Positions 48,237 through 58,277 of a DNA stretch of 64,000 nt are shown one piece after another. The DNA comes from a virus, in IMG/VR virus record IMGVR_UViG_645058793_000001, positions 1 through 64,000 of that record; one strand, 5' to 3'. The notes beneath the pieces were generated by a model. The model worked only from the letters and a program-made list of their open reading frames with translations, was not told the DNA's origin and made no database searches. A program made the translations under genes and the position numbers. Numbering within the stretch: the first letter of the stretch is position 1; each line of letters begins with the position of its first letter.

Positions 48237-49424
48237 TTACTCGCCTTTGGCGCTACTCGCTGCTACGTCAACAATACGGAATGCAGATGGGCGCTTGATA
48301 GCTGCGTCGTACCATAATGTGTATTGAGCGTAAGTAACACCAGTTTCTGGCTTACGGTATTGTTCAATCAATGAACCTTGTGGATCGTAGTTTTGGTGGT
48401 ACATTGCGAAGTTACCAACGACTGGCTTTACAGCGTATGACGTAAAGTAAACTGGCACACCAATAACTGATTCAGGTTGTGCAGCATATAGTGTTGCAGA
48501 ACCGTTAGCTAATACCTTGATAATCTTGTTGTAATCAGCACGCTTCATAAATACAGCTGCTTGATCAACATCAGCATCTGACAAGTCAGCCAAAGCATCA
48601 AGAATAGCAGTGAACAAATCGTCACCAGCAATGTGCTTGATGCCATTTGATGCGTCATACAATGACATGTGTTCCTCACCAACAACTGGCGTTGAGGCAA
48701 AGGCACGTGCTAATTCAAGCATTGAAGCTCCGTTAGCTAACTTTTGTTGTGCATATTGTAGCAATGCCAATGACGTACCAGCTACCAACGTATCAGTAAA
48801 TCCGATACGAACCTTTGACTCGAAACGTCCGAAAGTAATTTGCTTTCCTGACACTTCGGCTTCGTTAGCTTCGGCACCTTCACCAATAGTCTTGAATGCG
48901 TCACCGAACTCAACGTCCAAAGCTGGAATACGCAAGTTGACCATTGATGATGTTGAGATAACACCACGTAATGGGTTTGGCATATCAGGCTCTGAGATTA
49001 CTTCGTTTGACAAAGTAATTGGTAGGAAGTTGTCACCAACAACCGGACCATCTTCACCGTTAACTGATACGCCAGCAGCTTGCTTAAATCCGTTTAAGTC
49101 AATTGATTGACCTGACTTGATTACGCCACGTAGACGTTCTGCAAATGCATTAACATCTTTTTCAGCTGGTGTATCAGTAGCCTTCTTCTTCTTTGGATCC
49201 TCTGCATCAGCAGCAGCGGCTTCATCTTCTGCTTTCTTTGCTTCGTTATATTGCTCACGCATACCTTCGTAACGTTGCTTAGAATCAGCAGCAATTTTTT
49301 GCTTTTCAGAAATTTCTTCTGACGTAGCCTTAGGATTCAATAAAACTTCTTGGTACTTTTCGTTGTCAGCCTTAGCGACTTCACCTAGGTTTTGTACCGC
49401 ACCACGCATTTGATATAAATTCAT
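48237..49424 (-). CDS. major capsid protein (HK97 fold) with N-terminal scaffolding/delta domain
   Basis: 395 aa; N-terminal charged coiled coil; position after the prohead protease. Confidence 0.8.
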   Translation of the reverse strand: MNLYQMRGAVQNLGEVAKADNEKYQEVLLNPKATSEEISEKQKIAADSKQRYEGMREQYNEAKKAEDEAAAADAEDPKKKKATDTPAEKDVNAFAERLRGVIKSGQSIDLNGFKQAAGVSVNGEDGPVVGDNFLPITLSNEVISEPDMPNPLRGVISTSSMVNLRIPALDVEFGDAFKTIGEGAEANEAEVSGKQITFGRFESKVRIGFTDTLVAGTSLALLQYAQQKLANGASMLELARAFASTPVVGEEHMSLYDASNGIKHIAGDDLFTAILDALADLSDADVDQAAVFMKRADYNKIIKVLANGSATLYAAQPESVIGVPVYFTSYAVKPVVGNFAMYHQNYDPQGSLIEQYRKPETGVTYAQYTLWYDAAIKRPSAFRIVDVAASSAKGE

Positions 49425-50197
49425 TACTTGATCTCCTTTAGATAAGCTTCGGCACTATCGATATAATCTTGAATTGCCTCAGCACGTTGTTTGCGTTCTT
49501 CCATGCTCATTCCCTCGGATTGTTCCTTGTCAGGTTTTTCTTGAGCATTCAAAAACTCCGGCACGTGTTCATACATGTCGGAGTATCGTTGTGATATTGA
49601 TTGCATTACAGCTGGACGTTCATTCTTTTGATCAGCCCAACCAGCAGTGATTGCTTCATCAGCAGTTAGCCATGTTTCATTATCCATGACTGACTTGATT
49701 GCTTCTTTGTCGATACCAGTTTTCTCGTGGTAAATATTCACAGAGCTTTCACGAATTTGGTCTAACGTATCGGCCATCTCGCGTAACTCACTAGCATTAC
49801 CAACTGCCATTGTGAATGGGTTGTGAATCATCAACATTGAACCAGTGTCCATCGTCAATGTATCACCAGCCATTGCAATAACCGAAGCAATTGAAGCAGC
49901 TAATCCCTCAACCGTTACATTAACCGTTGCAGGATTTTTCTTTAGCATATTGTAAATGGCAATTCCGTCGAACACGGAACCACCGGGTGAATTGATGGAC
50001 ATGTTGATTGTTTTAACTGGCCCAAGTTCTTTTAATGAATCTCGGAAATCAGTTGCTGAGACATCGCTATCCCATAACTTCTCAGAAACAATCTCACCAT
50101 CAATATGAATTTCAGCAACTTCGTTATCCGTCGCTTTCATCTGAAAGTACATCGTTGTCTTCTGTCTCCTTTCCAGTTCGTTCTTCCATCGTGGCAT
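49424..50197 (-). CDS. prohead maturation protease (ClpP/S14 family); real start probably an internal Met
   Basis: ClpP-like core (INSPGGSVFDGIAIYN ... IASVIAMAGD); the 5' end overlaps the portal gene. Confidence 0.7.
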   Translation of the reverse strand: MPRWKNELERRQKTTMYFQMKATDNEVAEIHIDGEIVSEKLWDSDVSATDFRDSLKELGPVKTINMSINSPGGSVFDGIAIYNMLKKNPATVNVTVEGLAASIASVIAMAGDTLTMDTGSMLMIHNPFTMAVGNASELREMADTLDQIRESSVNIYHEKTGIDKEAIKSVMDNETWLTADEAITAGWADQKNERPAVMQSISQRYSDMYEHVPEFLNAQEKPDKEQSEGMSMEERKQRAEAIQDYIDSAEAYLKEIK

Positions 50198-51365
50198 CAG
50201 TTGGATATAAGTCTCCTGATATCCATAACTTGTTAGCGCCAGCTTGGTTGTTGATTGGAATACCTTCTAATTCTTGAATGTATTCTGGTGAAGCAATACC
50301 ATTACGAATTAACATCTGGTAGTATGCGGTACGTGCAGCAGTATTTCCACGAAGCAACACGTTGGTATCGAACTTAAAATAAAAACCGGCTGCCTTTTGG
50401 CTGTCGGTTAATAGTTTCATATTCAATTCTGATTCATACTGTCGAACAATTGGTAAGATAGTTCCTTCAACGAACGTGATGAAATGTTCTTCGGAATCAC
50501 GATAACCAGAACCCTGATCACCAGAGTTCAAGAATATCAGTGGGACGTTGAACACGTTGGCCACACGTCTGATATAAGTATCATCATTACGTGCAACATC
50601 AGCAGTCGCAATCTTACGGTCAATCGTATCAACTTCCATGCCCGGTTCGCTGAACAGCACACCAGAGTTATCTTTGATAAATGCTTGAACGTTTAATGCA
50701 ACAGCTTTCTTACGAGTGTCATCAATGTTCTTATCAAACTTAATGGTAAATCCATCACGCTTAGACATTTCATTCAGCGAGAATTTATTGAAGGCCTCGT
50801 TATAATCTGCGGAACCTTGTAATACATCAATCGGACTAATTCCAACAACACGTGACGAACCAGTCAAATGTTTCAAGTGAATCATCTGATACGCTGGTAC
50901 ATACATCGCGCCATTTTGTCCTTGAACTTTATACCACACGGTAGAGTCGTCCGAATTAATAAATGGCATTACTAACCCATGGTCTAAATTCCAAAGTGCT
51001 TTCGGTTGTAGGTACTCATCGTATTGGATAAACACATAGGCGTTGCCAAATTCATTCCGGTCAACTTCCGCTTTGTGCCAAACATCATAAGACGAAAAAA
51101 CCGGATTAGCTTGTTGAGAAACTAACCGATCAATTGAATCTGTTCTAATGTGTTTACGATCGGCATCATACAAGTCGACATTCATAGAAGCGATGATACC
51201 AGCAAGTCGAGTAATGACAGAAAAGATTACTGGGTCTTTCTGTAACTCGACCTTACCAGTTCCGAAAAGGTTATTCGTCATGATGAGAGGAGCAGAAGAT
51301 GTACCGCTTGATTTTGGCGACGCGTTCAAACGTTCCCAAACATTATGTAGGATTCCCACAGGCAC
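50124..51365 (-). CDS. portal protein
   Basis: 413 aa; position between TerL and prohead protease. Confidence 0.8.
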   Translation of the reverse strand: MPVGILHNVWERLNASPKSSGTSSAPLIMTNNLFGTGKVELQKDPVIFSVITRLAGIIASMNVDLYDADRKHIRTDSIDRLVSQQANPVFSSYDVWHKAEVDRNEFGNAYVFIQYDEYLQPKALWNLDHGLVMPFINSDDSTVWYKVQGQNGAMYVPAYQMIHLKHLTGSSRVVGISPIDVLQGSADYNEAFNKFSLNEMSKRDGFTIKFDKNIDDTRKKAVALNVQAFIKDNSGVLFSEPGMEVDTIDRKIATADVARNDDTYIRRVANVFNVPLIFLNSGDQGSGYRDSEEHFITFVEGTILPIVRQYESELNMKLLTDSQKAAGFYFKFDTNVLLRGNTAARTAYYQMLIRNGIASPEYIQELEGIPINNQAGANKLWISGDLYPTDATMEERTGKETEDNDVLSDESDG

Positions 51366-51922
51366 ACTTCCTTTTTGATAATTTCTCTATACTACCATTA
51401 TATAGCTGTATTGAACTATGGAATCTACAATTAGTCTACAATTAGTCTACACTTATTTTAACTAGTTATTTCCACACGAAATATGCCTCCGATTTCCACA
51501 GTGTGTAGCACCTCTGAAAATTCCAAAAATGACTCATTGGCGGATATTTCGGTATCGTCTTTCTATATATAGATTATTTCTTTTTATTTTTTTCTTTTAT
51601 ACTTTTTCTAAAAAAAGAGTAAATGAATCATTCTTAAAAAATGTAAGCGCTAACAACCTTATTATATAAACGTTTGTAGCTAGTGACTCATTTTTAAGGT
51701 AGAGTCAAAATGCGTCAAAATGAATCATTCATAGTTCGGTTATCACGAACATTGGTCTCATAATTCTCTCACCATTGTGGATATTTGTTCAACAATTAGT
51801 ACAACCAATTTTATAGCTTAAACATAACTTAAATTAAACATAAAACAACCTTAAAACAATGACTCATTAGTGACGCATTTGTGACTCATTTCAAAAATGA
51901 ATCATTCAAAAAAAGACGCCCA
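51366..51922. repeat. repeat-rich non-coding region between terminase and portal
   Basis: Seven copies of the 11-bp palindrome AATGA(A/C)TCATT (51528, 51622, 51682, 51719, 51859, 51880, 51896); tandem TCTACAATTAGTCTACAATTAGTCTACAC at 51424-51452; AT-rich stretch 51560-51615; TerL terminator hairpin at 51908-51935. Confidence 0.55.
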
Positions 51923-53818
51923 TTAAGCGTCTAAATTCATCAGTTCTTCAAACGACATATACGTCAAATTTGGTTCACTATTATTTATATTTGATACCAA
52001 CATTGGAGCAATTGTCACGTGGCAATTTAATGCTGCGGCAAATCCATCTATCTTTCGATAGCGACTAGTTTTCGTCGGCATCCAATTATTGTTACGGTCA
52101 GTTACTAATGCAACGTTTGATAGATACCATTTAAATAATCTACTATTGTTAAATACTACCTTGTGGTCAAGCATTAGTTCTTTGAAATTTTGTAATGGGC
52201 CACCTAGTGTGGTAAACCCTTGTCGAGTAACCTCAGTGTGGAAACCTTGGTTCTCTAACATCGCATTCAAAGTAATTGCTTTAGCTGGGTCATAGTTAAT
52301 TTGTCTGATTGTATACTGCTTATCCATTTCGATTAACCAATCATAGACAGCACCATGGTCAACATGTTCGCCTGGCAATACGGTCATTTCATCTGCTTCT
52401 ATCCATTCATTGAAACGTTCCTTATATTGTTCCTCACGATCATAACGTGCTTGTGGAATCCAAGTATGCTGCTTAATAAATATCCGACCATCTGGTAACG
52501 GGAATTCTAATGCAGCTGCCGTAAAATCTTCCGTATCAGAAAGGTCAAATCCGGCAACTGGGTGAATACCAGCTAATTCTGATTCATCTATTTCATCGTT
52601 ATTAGCTAAAATGGTTTCCGCATCTAGCAAACTTTGTTCACCACTCTCACTGAACAGATTGAATTGCTTAGTTATCCAATCACGACGTTGCTGTGGTGTA
52701 CGCATATCTTTTTTATAATTAGATAGTAAACTAAGTCCGTCCATCATTGGTAAGTTTGGATTAGCCTTGATCCACATTTCTGGGTTGTCAGCTTCCTTAA
52801 CATCATCTATCTTAGCTAAGTAGTAAAATGAACGTTCATTTAAATTCTCGTCGTACTGTTCCAAAGTTTCTTTACCGCTTCGAAAGAAATCGGTCATTGG
52901 TCCGTCTAATACTGTACCAGCTGTACTGATATAAACAGTTAATGGTTGCATACGTTGTCCCATTGAACGACGCATAACCTCAATTAACTCATAATCTTTA
53001 TACTCGTGGATTTCATCAAACACGGCAAAGCTAGTATTGAAACCATCTTTACTATGTTTCTCAGCAGACAATGATAATATTGTGGAGTGTGTTCTTTGAT
53101 GCTCCACCTTGTGCATTGACTTAGTTGTCTTAAATCTTTTCTTTAGGAATTCCGATGCGTCAATCATCGCAATAGTTTCATCAACCAGTCGACCAGCTTG
53201 CGCTTTCATGTTGGCTAGTGCATAGACTTCGGCACCGTTTTCCCCGTCAAAACCTGCCATATATATAGCAAGTCCTGACTGGATTGTCGTTTTTCCGTTT
53301 TTACGTCCCACGAATATCAAACCTTCGTTGAATCTTCGCAGCCCTGTTTCCTTATCAACCCAGCCAAATATATTTCCTAACACGAAATGTTGCCATGGTT
53401 GTAGAACCAATCGTTTAATCGTACCTTTTGACGGCTTAGTGTTTTCCTCGATGAACCTGATTGGTCGCCATGCCTTTTCTTCATCGAACACCCATGGATA
53501 ATCTGGATCGTTCTTACTTCGTTCCAAATCATTTAGATGTCGTTGTGCTGCCATAATATTTTCTTTCGATGCTGGCACCGTGCCATCAACTAATAATTGA
53601 GCATAGTATGTGGTAAGTAGTGTAGCAGAAGGTTCTGTTAGGTAATACCAGCCGTGATAATACTCGACTAACTCTTTCCACCACTTCTTTTGACCACTGA
53701 AATCCATCTTTAATGGATTAGTCTCAGTCCCACTCACTCTTTGTATCTTCCTTCTTTTCAGAACCAAATTGCTTGTTGGCCAGCGATGCACGGCTGCTTG
53801 GTGTAAAGCCAATTTCAT
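51923..53818 (-). CDS. terL: terminase large subunit
   Basis: 631 aa; ATPase Walker A (VGRKNGKTT); C-terminal nuclease region. Confidence 0.85.
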   Translation of the reverse strand: MKLALHQAAVHRWPTSNLVLKRRKIQRVSGTETNPLKMDFSGQKKWWKELVEYYHGWYYLTEPSATLLTTYYAQLLVDGTVPASKENIMAAQRHLNDLERSKNDPDYPWVFDEEKAWRPIRFIEENTKPSKGTIKRLVLQPWQHFVLGNIFGWVDKETGLRRFNEGLIFVGRKNGKTTIQSGLAIYMAGFDGENGAEVYALANMKAQAGRLVDETIAMIDASEFLKKRFKTTKSMHKVEHQRTHSTILSLSAEKHSKDGFNTSFAVFDEIHEYKDYELIEVMRRSMGQRMQPLTVYISTAGTVLDGPMTDFFRSGKETLEQYDENLNERSFYYLAKIDDVKEADNPEMWIKANPNLPMMDGLSLLSNYKKDMRTPQQRRDWITKQFNLFSESGEQSLLDAETILANNDEIDESELAGIHPVAGFDLSDTEDFTAAALEFPLPDGRIFIKQHTWIPQARYDREEQYKERFNEWIEADEMTVLPGEHVDHGAVYDWLIEMDKQYTIRQINYDPAKAITLNAMLENQGFHTEVTRQGFTTLGGPLQNFKELMLDHKVVFNNSRLFKWYLSNVALVTDRNNNWMPTKTSRYRKIDGFAAALNCHVTIAPMLVSNINNSEPNLTYMSFEELMNLDA

Positions 53819-54209
53819 TTCCTAATTTAACTAACTGTTGTGTTGTACGACGCCACTCGTTAATAGTTGGGTTATTTCTTACCACACCTTTTTCGTCAAC
53901 ATACGTCAATCCCATTGTGTCTATTTCAGCCCACAACTCATCGACCATTACGGCCGTTCGTGCGTAACTTGCAACTAATCTAACGTCTGCGTTGTGTAGT
54001 AGGGACATTTTCTTTAACATATTCTTTGTTTCATAGAACACATCACGCTCTTTTCCCTGCATATCATCAGGCGCAACAAACTTATCTGGTTGCACAACGT
54101 TCATTGCTTCCTCACGTTTCGTACGCCCTTCAATTTCTACTTTCGATTTTCTAAGTGCGTTTCCTTCCATAGTAATAACGTTGGCTGGCTTTGCTTTTCT
54201 TCCTGGCAT
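53724..54209 (-). CDS. terS: terminase small subunit (P27 family-like)
   Basis: 161 aa immediately upstream of TerL. Confidence 0.6.
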   Translation of the reverse strand: MPGRKAKPANVITMEGNALRKSKVEIEGRTKREEAMNVVQPDKFVAPDDMQGKERDVFYETKNMLKKMSLLHNADVRLVASYARTAVMVDELWAEIDTMGLTYVDEKGVVRNNPTINEWRRTTQQLVKLGNEIGFTPSSRASLANKQFGSEKKEDTKSEWD

Positions 54210-54212
54210 TAT

Positions 54213-54695
54213 TTACCCCACTTTCAATTGCTCGTTTGCTAAGACACTTGCTGCTGCGGCAATGATTGCACCTGCTAAATCATCAGCAAATGTGTTGATG
54301 TGTTCCTTATCTTGGTCTAATTCACCGATAATGCCACGCTTCATACGGTCTTCATATCCATAATTTGTTGTGGCAATCGTTCCATACAGACTAGCGATGC
54401 CGAATGCAAGGTGTTCGTCTACCCCAAACATTGGATCATCATTTGCAATCTTGCTGGCTAGTGACTGGTACTTGCTATCCACATGATTATTTTCGACTAG
54501 CTCATCAAGTAGCAACATTGTAAAAATGTAATCTTGGACGATTGGGTTGGCCATGACTTCGCCCACTGCCATGTACGCATCAGTTTGTACTAGCTCTGGA
54601 TTATGCGTGATTTGATTCTCATATACGATGTTAGCCAGACTTTCTGACGTGATTCCACGACTTTCCAACATCTTTTCTACCTTATATAACTCCAT
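54213..54695 (-). CDS. hypothetical protein (160 aa), first gene of the packaging operon
   Basis: ORF. Confidence 0.4.
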   Translation of the reverse strand: MELYKVEKMLESRGITSESLANIVYENQITHNPELVQTDAYMAVGEVMANPIVQDYIFTMLLLDELVENNHVDSKYQSLASKIANDDPMFGVDEHLAFGIASLYGTIATTNYGYEDRMKRGIIGELDQDKEHINTFADDLAGAIIAAAASVLANEQLKVG

Positions 54696-54754
54696 TATTG
54701 TTCTCGTTTCATATTGTTTTACTTTAATATTACTTTATAAAACAGTGTATAAAA

Positions 54755-54771
54755 TCTACAATTAGTCTACA
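54755..54771. repeat. TCTACAATTAGTCTACA element, same as the tandem copies at 51424-51452
   Basis: Exact sequence identity with the copies upstream of the portal gene. Confidence 0.55.
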
Positions 54772-55475
54772 TTTGCAATTAGCCCTATCCCTTTGTACTA
54801 CTGGTTTTTTCGTGAAGTTTATATTTATTAGGCAACATGTTGAACAATAAAATGAAGATGAAAAAATGAAGTTTTTGCACACGAAGGGCAATCCCGTTCA
54901 ATAGTTATATTTTTAATCCATATACCTTTGGTAGGGGGGTACTTATAAACATTGATATACCAAGGGTTACAGCTATTTAAAGCAGGTAGACCAATCAAAT
55001 TATTTGGTTTCAAAAAGTTATACTATTTTAAATCTGTTCGGTGTTTCTGATCGTGTTTGATCGACCGCTCGATGTATATTTATGCAAGGTTATGTATAAA
55101 TATAAATGTTAGTCACGGTTAAATAATAAGTATGTCATTGTGTATGTAGTCTATTCTGATTGTTGTAAAAAACGAATAGAACATAGTATGTATATCTAGA
55201 TGTAGTAGTATATATGTATAGATAGTTGTTAGATACGTTAGTACATGTATCTATACAACCTAGTACGCAATACTAGATACATTCTTATTTGTTTCTATGG
55301 TAGAAAAGTAGTAATAAAAAGAATTTTAAAAGTCATGTAACCGTTGTGGCCGTAAGATCCGTGACGTGTTTGTACATGTGCATTTGCAAATTAGTTGTTG
55401 ACAGTTAATACATACCGTGAGATTATAGTTATGTCGAAAGGCAACAACGACAAAAAATAAAAGTTCCAAAAATGC

Positions 55476-55505
55476 CTTGACAAGTTGAAACATACTTGAT
55501 AACAT
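55476..55505 (+). promoter_or_regulatory. sigma70-like promoter P1 (TTGACA-18-TAACAT)
   Basis: Consensus -35 plus a GTTGAAAC element; first of three copies of a ~30-bp repeat. Confidence 0.45.
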
Positions 55506-55651
55506 GGTGTTGTTGAGTTGGTCACTAAGGTTTGCGGGTACGTCCCCTTACTTCGGTAATTGTTAACAGTGATGTATCGCTTGTTACATATCAGTTAGTA
55601 CCGTTACGCGGTCGCTGGTAACACCCAATACAGTGATGTTAAAAATTAAAC

Positions 55652-55681
55652 TTGACATGTTGAAACTAACCATGTTACAAT
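55652..55681 (+). promoter_or_regulatory. sigma70-like promoter P2 (TTGACA-18-TACAAT)
   Basis: Second copy of the repeat. Confidence 0.45.
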
Positions 55682-55731
55682 GGTTTTGTTGATTGATAAC
55701 CACAACGTTAAAAAAGTTTATCAATTAAATG

Positions 55732-55760
55732 TTGACAAGTTGAAACTAACCTGATAGCAT
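55732..55760 (+). promoter_or_regulatory. sigma70-like promoter P3 (TTGACA-17-TAGCAT)
   Basis: Third copy of the repeat. Confidence 0.45.
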
Positions 55761-56016
55761 TTAAGTCGTTGGCAAAGGTTGAAACTTACCAACCCAATCA
55801 CAATAGTTTTAGTTCATTGACAATTAAATAGCGCGCTAGATTGATAGGGTCGCTGGGGTCTGCGGATACGTACGACAGTACAGGATAACCAGAATGTATG
55901 CGGTGGTAAGCCGTATATAGAAGTGATGTATAAAATGAGCGCGAATGATTGGTAATAGTACGCCAATAATACATATACGATTTGGATATATGAAACGAAA
56001 GGAAAAGGTGAAATTT

Positions 56017-56292
56017 ATGACGACATACATGACAGGAATAGTAGCGGCATTATACCGTGATCTAGAAACTCGTTACAACGAAACAGGTTCAACTTGGAAT
56101 TATACGTATGAGTTGGGGCAAATAAAATATATTGAGCAGTACGTGGATAATGATGATTTTAACCACTTCTTCTATAACCGCTTACAGCAAGTGCTGCCTA
56201 CTCTTACGGCAGAAGAAAAAGCTGATAGTGAAGCAGGTTTGGAAATTGCAGTTATCATTACCGGCGAATGGGAATATGGAGTAAATAAATGA
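56017..56292 (+). CDS. hypothetical protein (start at MTTYMTG; the ORF track begins at 55945)
   Basis: AAAGGTGAAA RBS precedes the ATG at 56017. Confidence 0.35.
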   Translation: MTTYMTGIVAALYRDLETRYNETGSTWNYTYELGQIKYIEQYVDNDDFNHFFYNRLQQVLPTLTAEEKADSEAGLEIAVIITGEWEYGVNK

Positions 56293-56549
56293 AAGCCCAA
56301 GCAATCGTACTACTAGCAATGACGGCACTGGGTCTCACTCATACGGGAACAGTCCACGCCCCTAAACGGGTGAATTGGTATGACCACGACAAGGAAATAA
56401 TCGTGTATAACGGTAGTTCTGAAATAGTTGCGGACTTGGTTAAATATGACGGCGCATTTTATGACTACTCAAAAGCCGGTGTGACGTTGAGTAAACCAGT
56501 TAGTCCGGAAAAATATAACAATTCAGAATATAAGTTACAGGAATTTTAG
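56289..56549 (+). CDS. small secreted protein (86 aa)
   Basis: Signal peptide MKAQAIVLLAMTALGLTHTGTVHA. Confidence 0.4.
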   Translation: MKAQAIVLLAMTALGLTHTGTVHAPKRVNWYDHDKEIIVYNGSSEIVADLVKYDGAFYDYSKAGVTLSKPVSPEKYNNSEYKLQEF

Positions 56550-56594
56550 TTCCTTGTATTGAGCTATTAAGTAATTCTTGATAGTTGAATACTG

Positions 56595-57227
56595 GTGATT
56601 AAACCGGTAGAAAGAAAGGTATTTATTATGCACAAAACAGTAGAAACAATTGCAAAAAGCAAGACAACTAACGGACAACCAAGTTTACATAGTGTTCACA
56701 TTTCGTCTGAACAATTGGTAACAACGGACAGGCACGTACTAATTCGTGAACAATTCAAAACACCGATTGATAATCTAAATGGGGAACTGACGATTGATCC
56801 AAACGGTGTACCACTGAATGTGAACTATCCCGACACGGATAGATTGATACCAACGGACGATAACATTCGATACCACTTGAATATTGAAGCAGGCAAATGG
56901 GTAGATATTATTCAGGTGTATAAGAAAAACATGTATGCAGCAATCAATATCACGGACGGAATTGTGACGATTGCATTTGGCGAATCGTCTGACGATTTGA
57001 GTGGTGAATTTGAAATTGGTAAATCGGATAATGAAGATTTGACAATCTACTTTCAACCCAAGTTTTTGAAAATGATCGGAGACTACGGCAAGGAAGTAAT
57101 CGGGCGCAACTTTAAAGATTCGTATTTTGAATTGGAAGTTGTAAGTCGGTACGAACCAGCAAAAGTAATTTTTGAGAATGACGATATTACAGGAACATTT
57201 TTGGTAACACCATTGCACGTTAATTAA
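56595..57227 (+). CDS. hypothetical protein (210 aa; start may be the Met at 56628)
   Basis: ORF. Confidence 0.4.
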   Translation: MIKPVERKVFIMHKTVETIAKSKTTNGQPSLHSVHISSEQLVTTDRHVLIREQFKTPIDNLNGELTIDPNGVPLNVNYPDTDRLIPTDDNIRYHLNIEAGKWVDIIQVYKKNMYAAINITDGIVTIAFGESSDDLSGEFEIGKSDNEDLTIYFQPKFLKMIGDYGKEVIGRNFKDSYFELEVVSRYEPAKVIFENDDITGTFLVTPLHVN

Positions 57228-57229
57228 GA

Positions 57230-57637
57230 TTGGAGAATAAAATTATGTTTAAAAAATTAGCAGTTTCAACCGCAGTATTGGCAACAGTAATTCTTGGTGG
57301 TACGGTCACAGCGCACGCTGACGAATTCGGTAGTGATAACCCAAACGGACAACGTACGGAATACATCGTACAATCTGGCGACACGTTACAAACAATTGCA
57401 TGGAAAGAAGGTTTTTCACTTGGTAGCCTAGCATTGGTAAATGGCATTGAAAATTGGAATCACATCGAAGTTGGCCAGAAGTTGGTGTTAGATTATACCC
57501 CCACTATTTATGATGAAATTGCAATCAATAAAGAAAATGAGCTGACAGAACAATATGGCGGATTCGATGAAATTGACGACGACACATACAATTACATTTT
57601 ATGGACAGCAGACGAAGAAATGATCAAGATTGATTAG
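57230..57637 (+). CDS. secreted LysM-domain protein
   Basis: Signal peptide; LysM motif YIVQSGDTLQTIAWKEG...VGQKLVL. Confidence 0.55.
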   Translation: MENKIMFKKLAVSTAVLATVILGGTVTAHADEFGSDNPNGQRTEYIVQSGDTLQTIAWKEGFSLGSLALVNGIENWNHIEVGQKLVLDYTPTIYDEIAINKENELTEQYGGFDEIDDDTYNYILWTADEEMIKID

Positions 57638-57649
57638 GAGAATTGACAA

Positions 57650-57976
57650 ATGAAAACATACGCAGACCAAATAAACGCAACCGTATCGTCAATTGAATGG
57701 TTCGACGAATACTCTGATATTGCAGTTGAGAATTGGCGAGAATTATCAGGAGTACCTGACGCAATCAGAAATAGTGAAACGTTGGTGTACGAATTGTATG
57801 AAGTGAAAATTAAGGACGACAGCGAATTAAGCCGATTAGGAATTTGGTTTGATCCACAGATGAAAACTTATATCATGCCAGTATTGCCTGGAGATTTGGA
57901 AACAGCAGATTCGTGCAGCGAAATGAACTGGGAAAATGTAAAACAAGACGCACGATACTGGGCGTTTAATAACTAG
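57650..57976 (+). CDS. hypothetical protein (108 aa)
   Basis: ORF with RBS GGAG. Confidence 0.4.
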   Translation: MKTYADQINATVSSIEWFDEYSDIAVENWRELSGVPDAIRNSETLVYELYEVKIKDDSELSRLGIWFDPQMKTYIMPVLPGDLETADSCSEMNWENVKQDARYWAFNN

Positions 57977-57991
57977 AATTGGAGTAGAGAA

Positions 57992-58276
57992 ATGAAAAGA
58001 ATTTTAACGACTAACACCGGTACAGAATACGTTACCACTGGTAAAGACGTATATGAGATATTTGACAAACTGCTTGAAGATTATGACGAAGATATTTTAT
58101 ATTACCTGAAAAATTTATATTACGATTGGTGGGTAGAAGCTGACAATTGGTATGAGGAATTGAATTTAAATAAAGATACCCTCAAGAAATTTAAGGACAA
58201 CGCTACTGTGGAATCAATGGAACGTGCGATTACAGACACTGATAAAAATTATGGACATGTAGAATTGGAGAAATAA
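57992..58276 (+). CDS. hypothetical protein (94 aa)
   Basis: ORF with RBS. Confidence 0.4.
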   Translation: MKRILTTNTGTEYVTTGKDVYEIFDKLLEDYDEDILYYLKNLYYDWWVEADNWYEELNLNKDTLKKFKDNATVESMERAITDTDKNYGHVELEK

Positions 58277-58277
58277 A

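Noticed and set aside
50124-50197. 74-nt overlap between the prohead protease and portal ORFs
   Set aside because: It is probably not a real overlap; the protease likely starts at an internal Met (MYFQM... or MKATD...), which leaves only a short overlap.
54828-56030. Small ORFs 54828-55013 (-) and 55836-56030 (-) in the AT-rich promoter region
   Set aside because: They lie in repeat- and promoter-rich non-coding DNA, lack an RBS, and are antisense to the promoter array.
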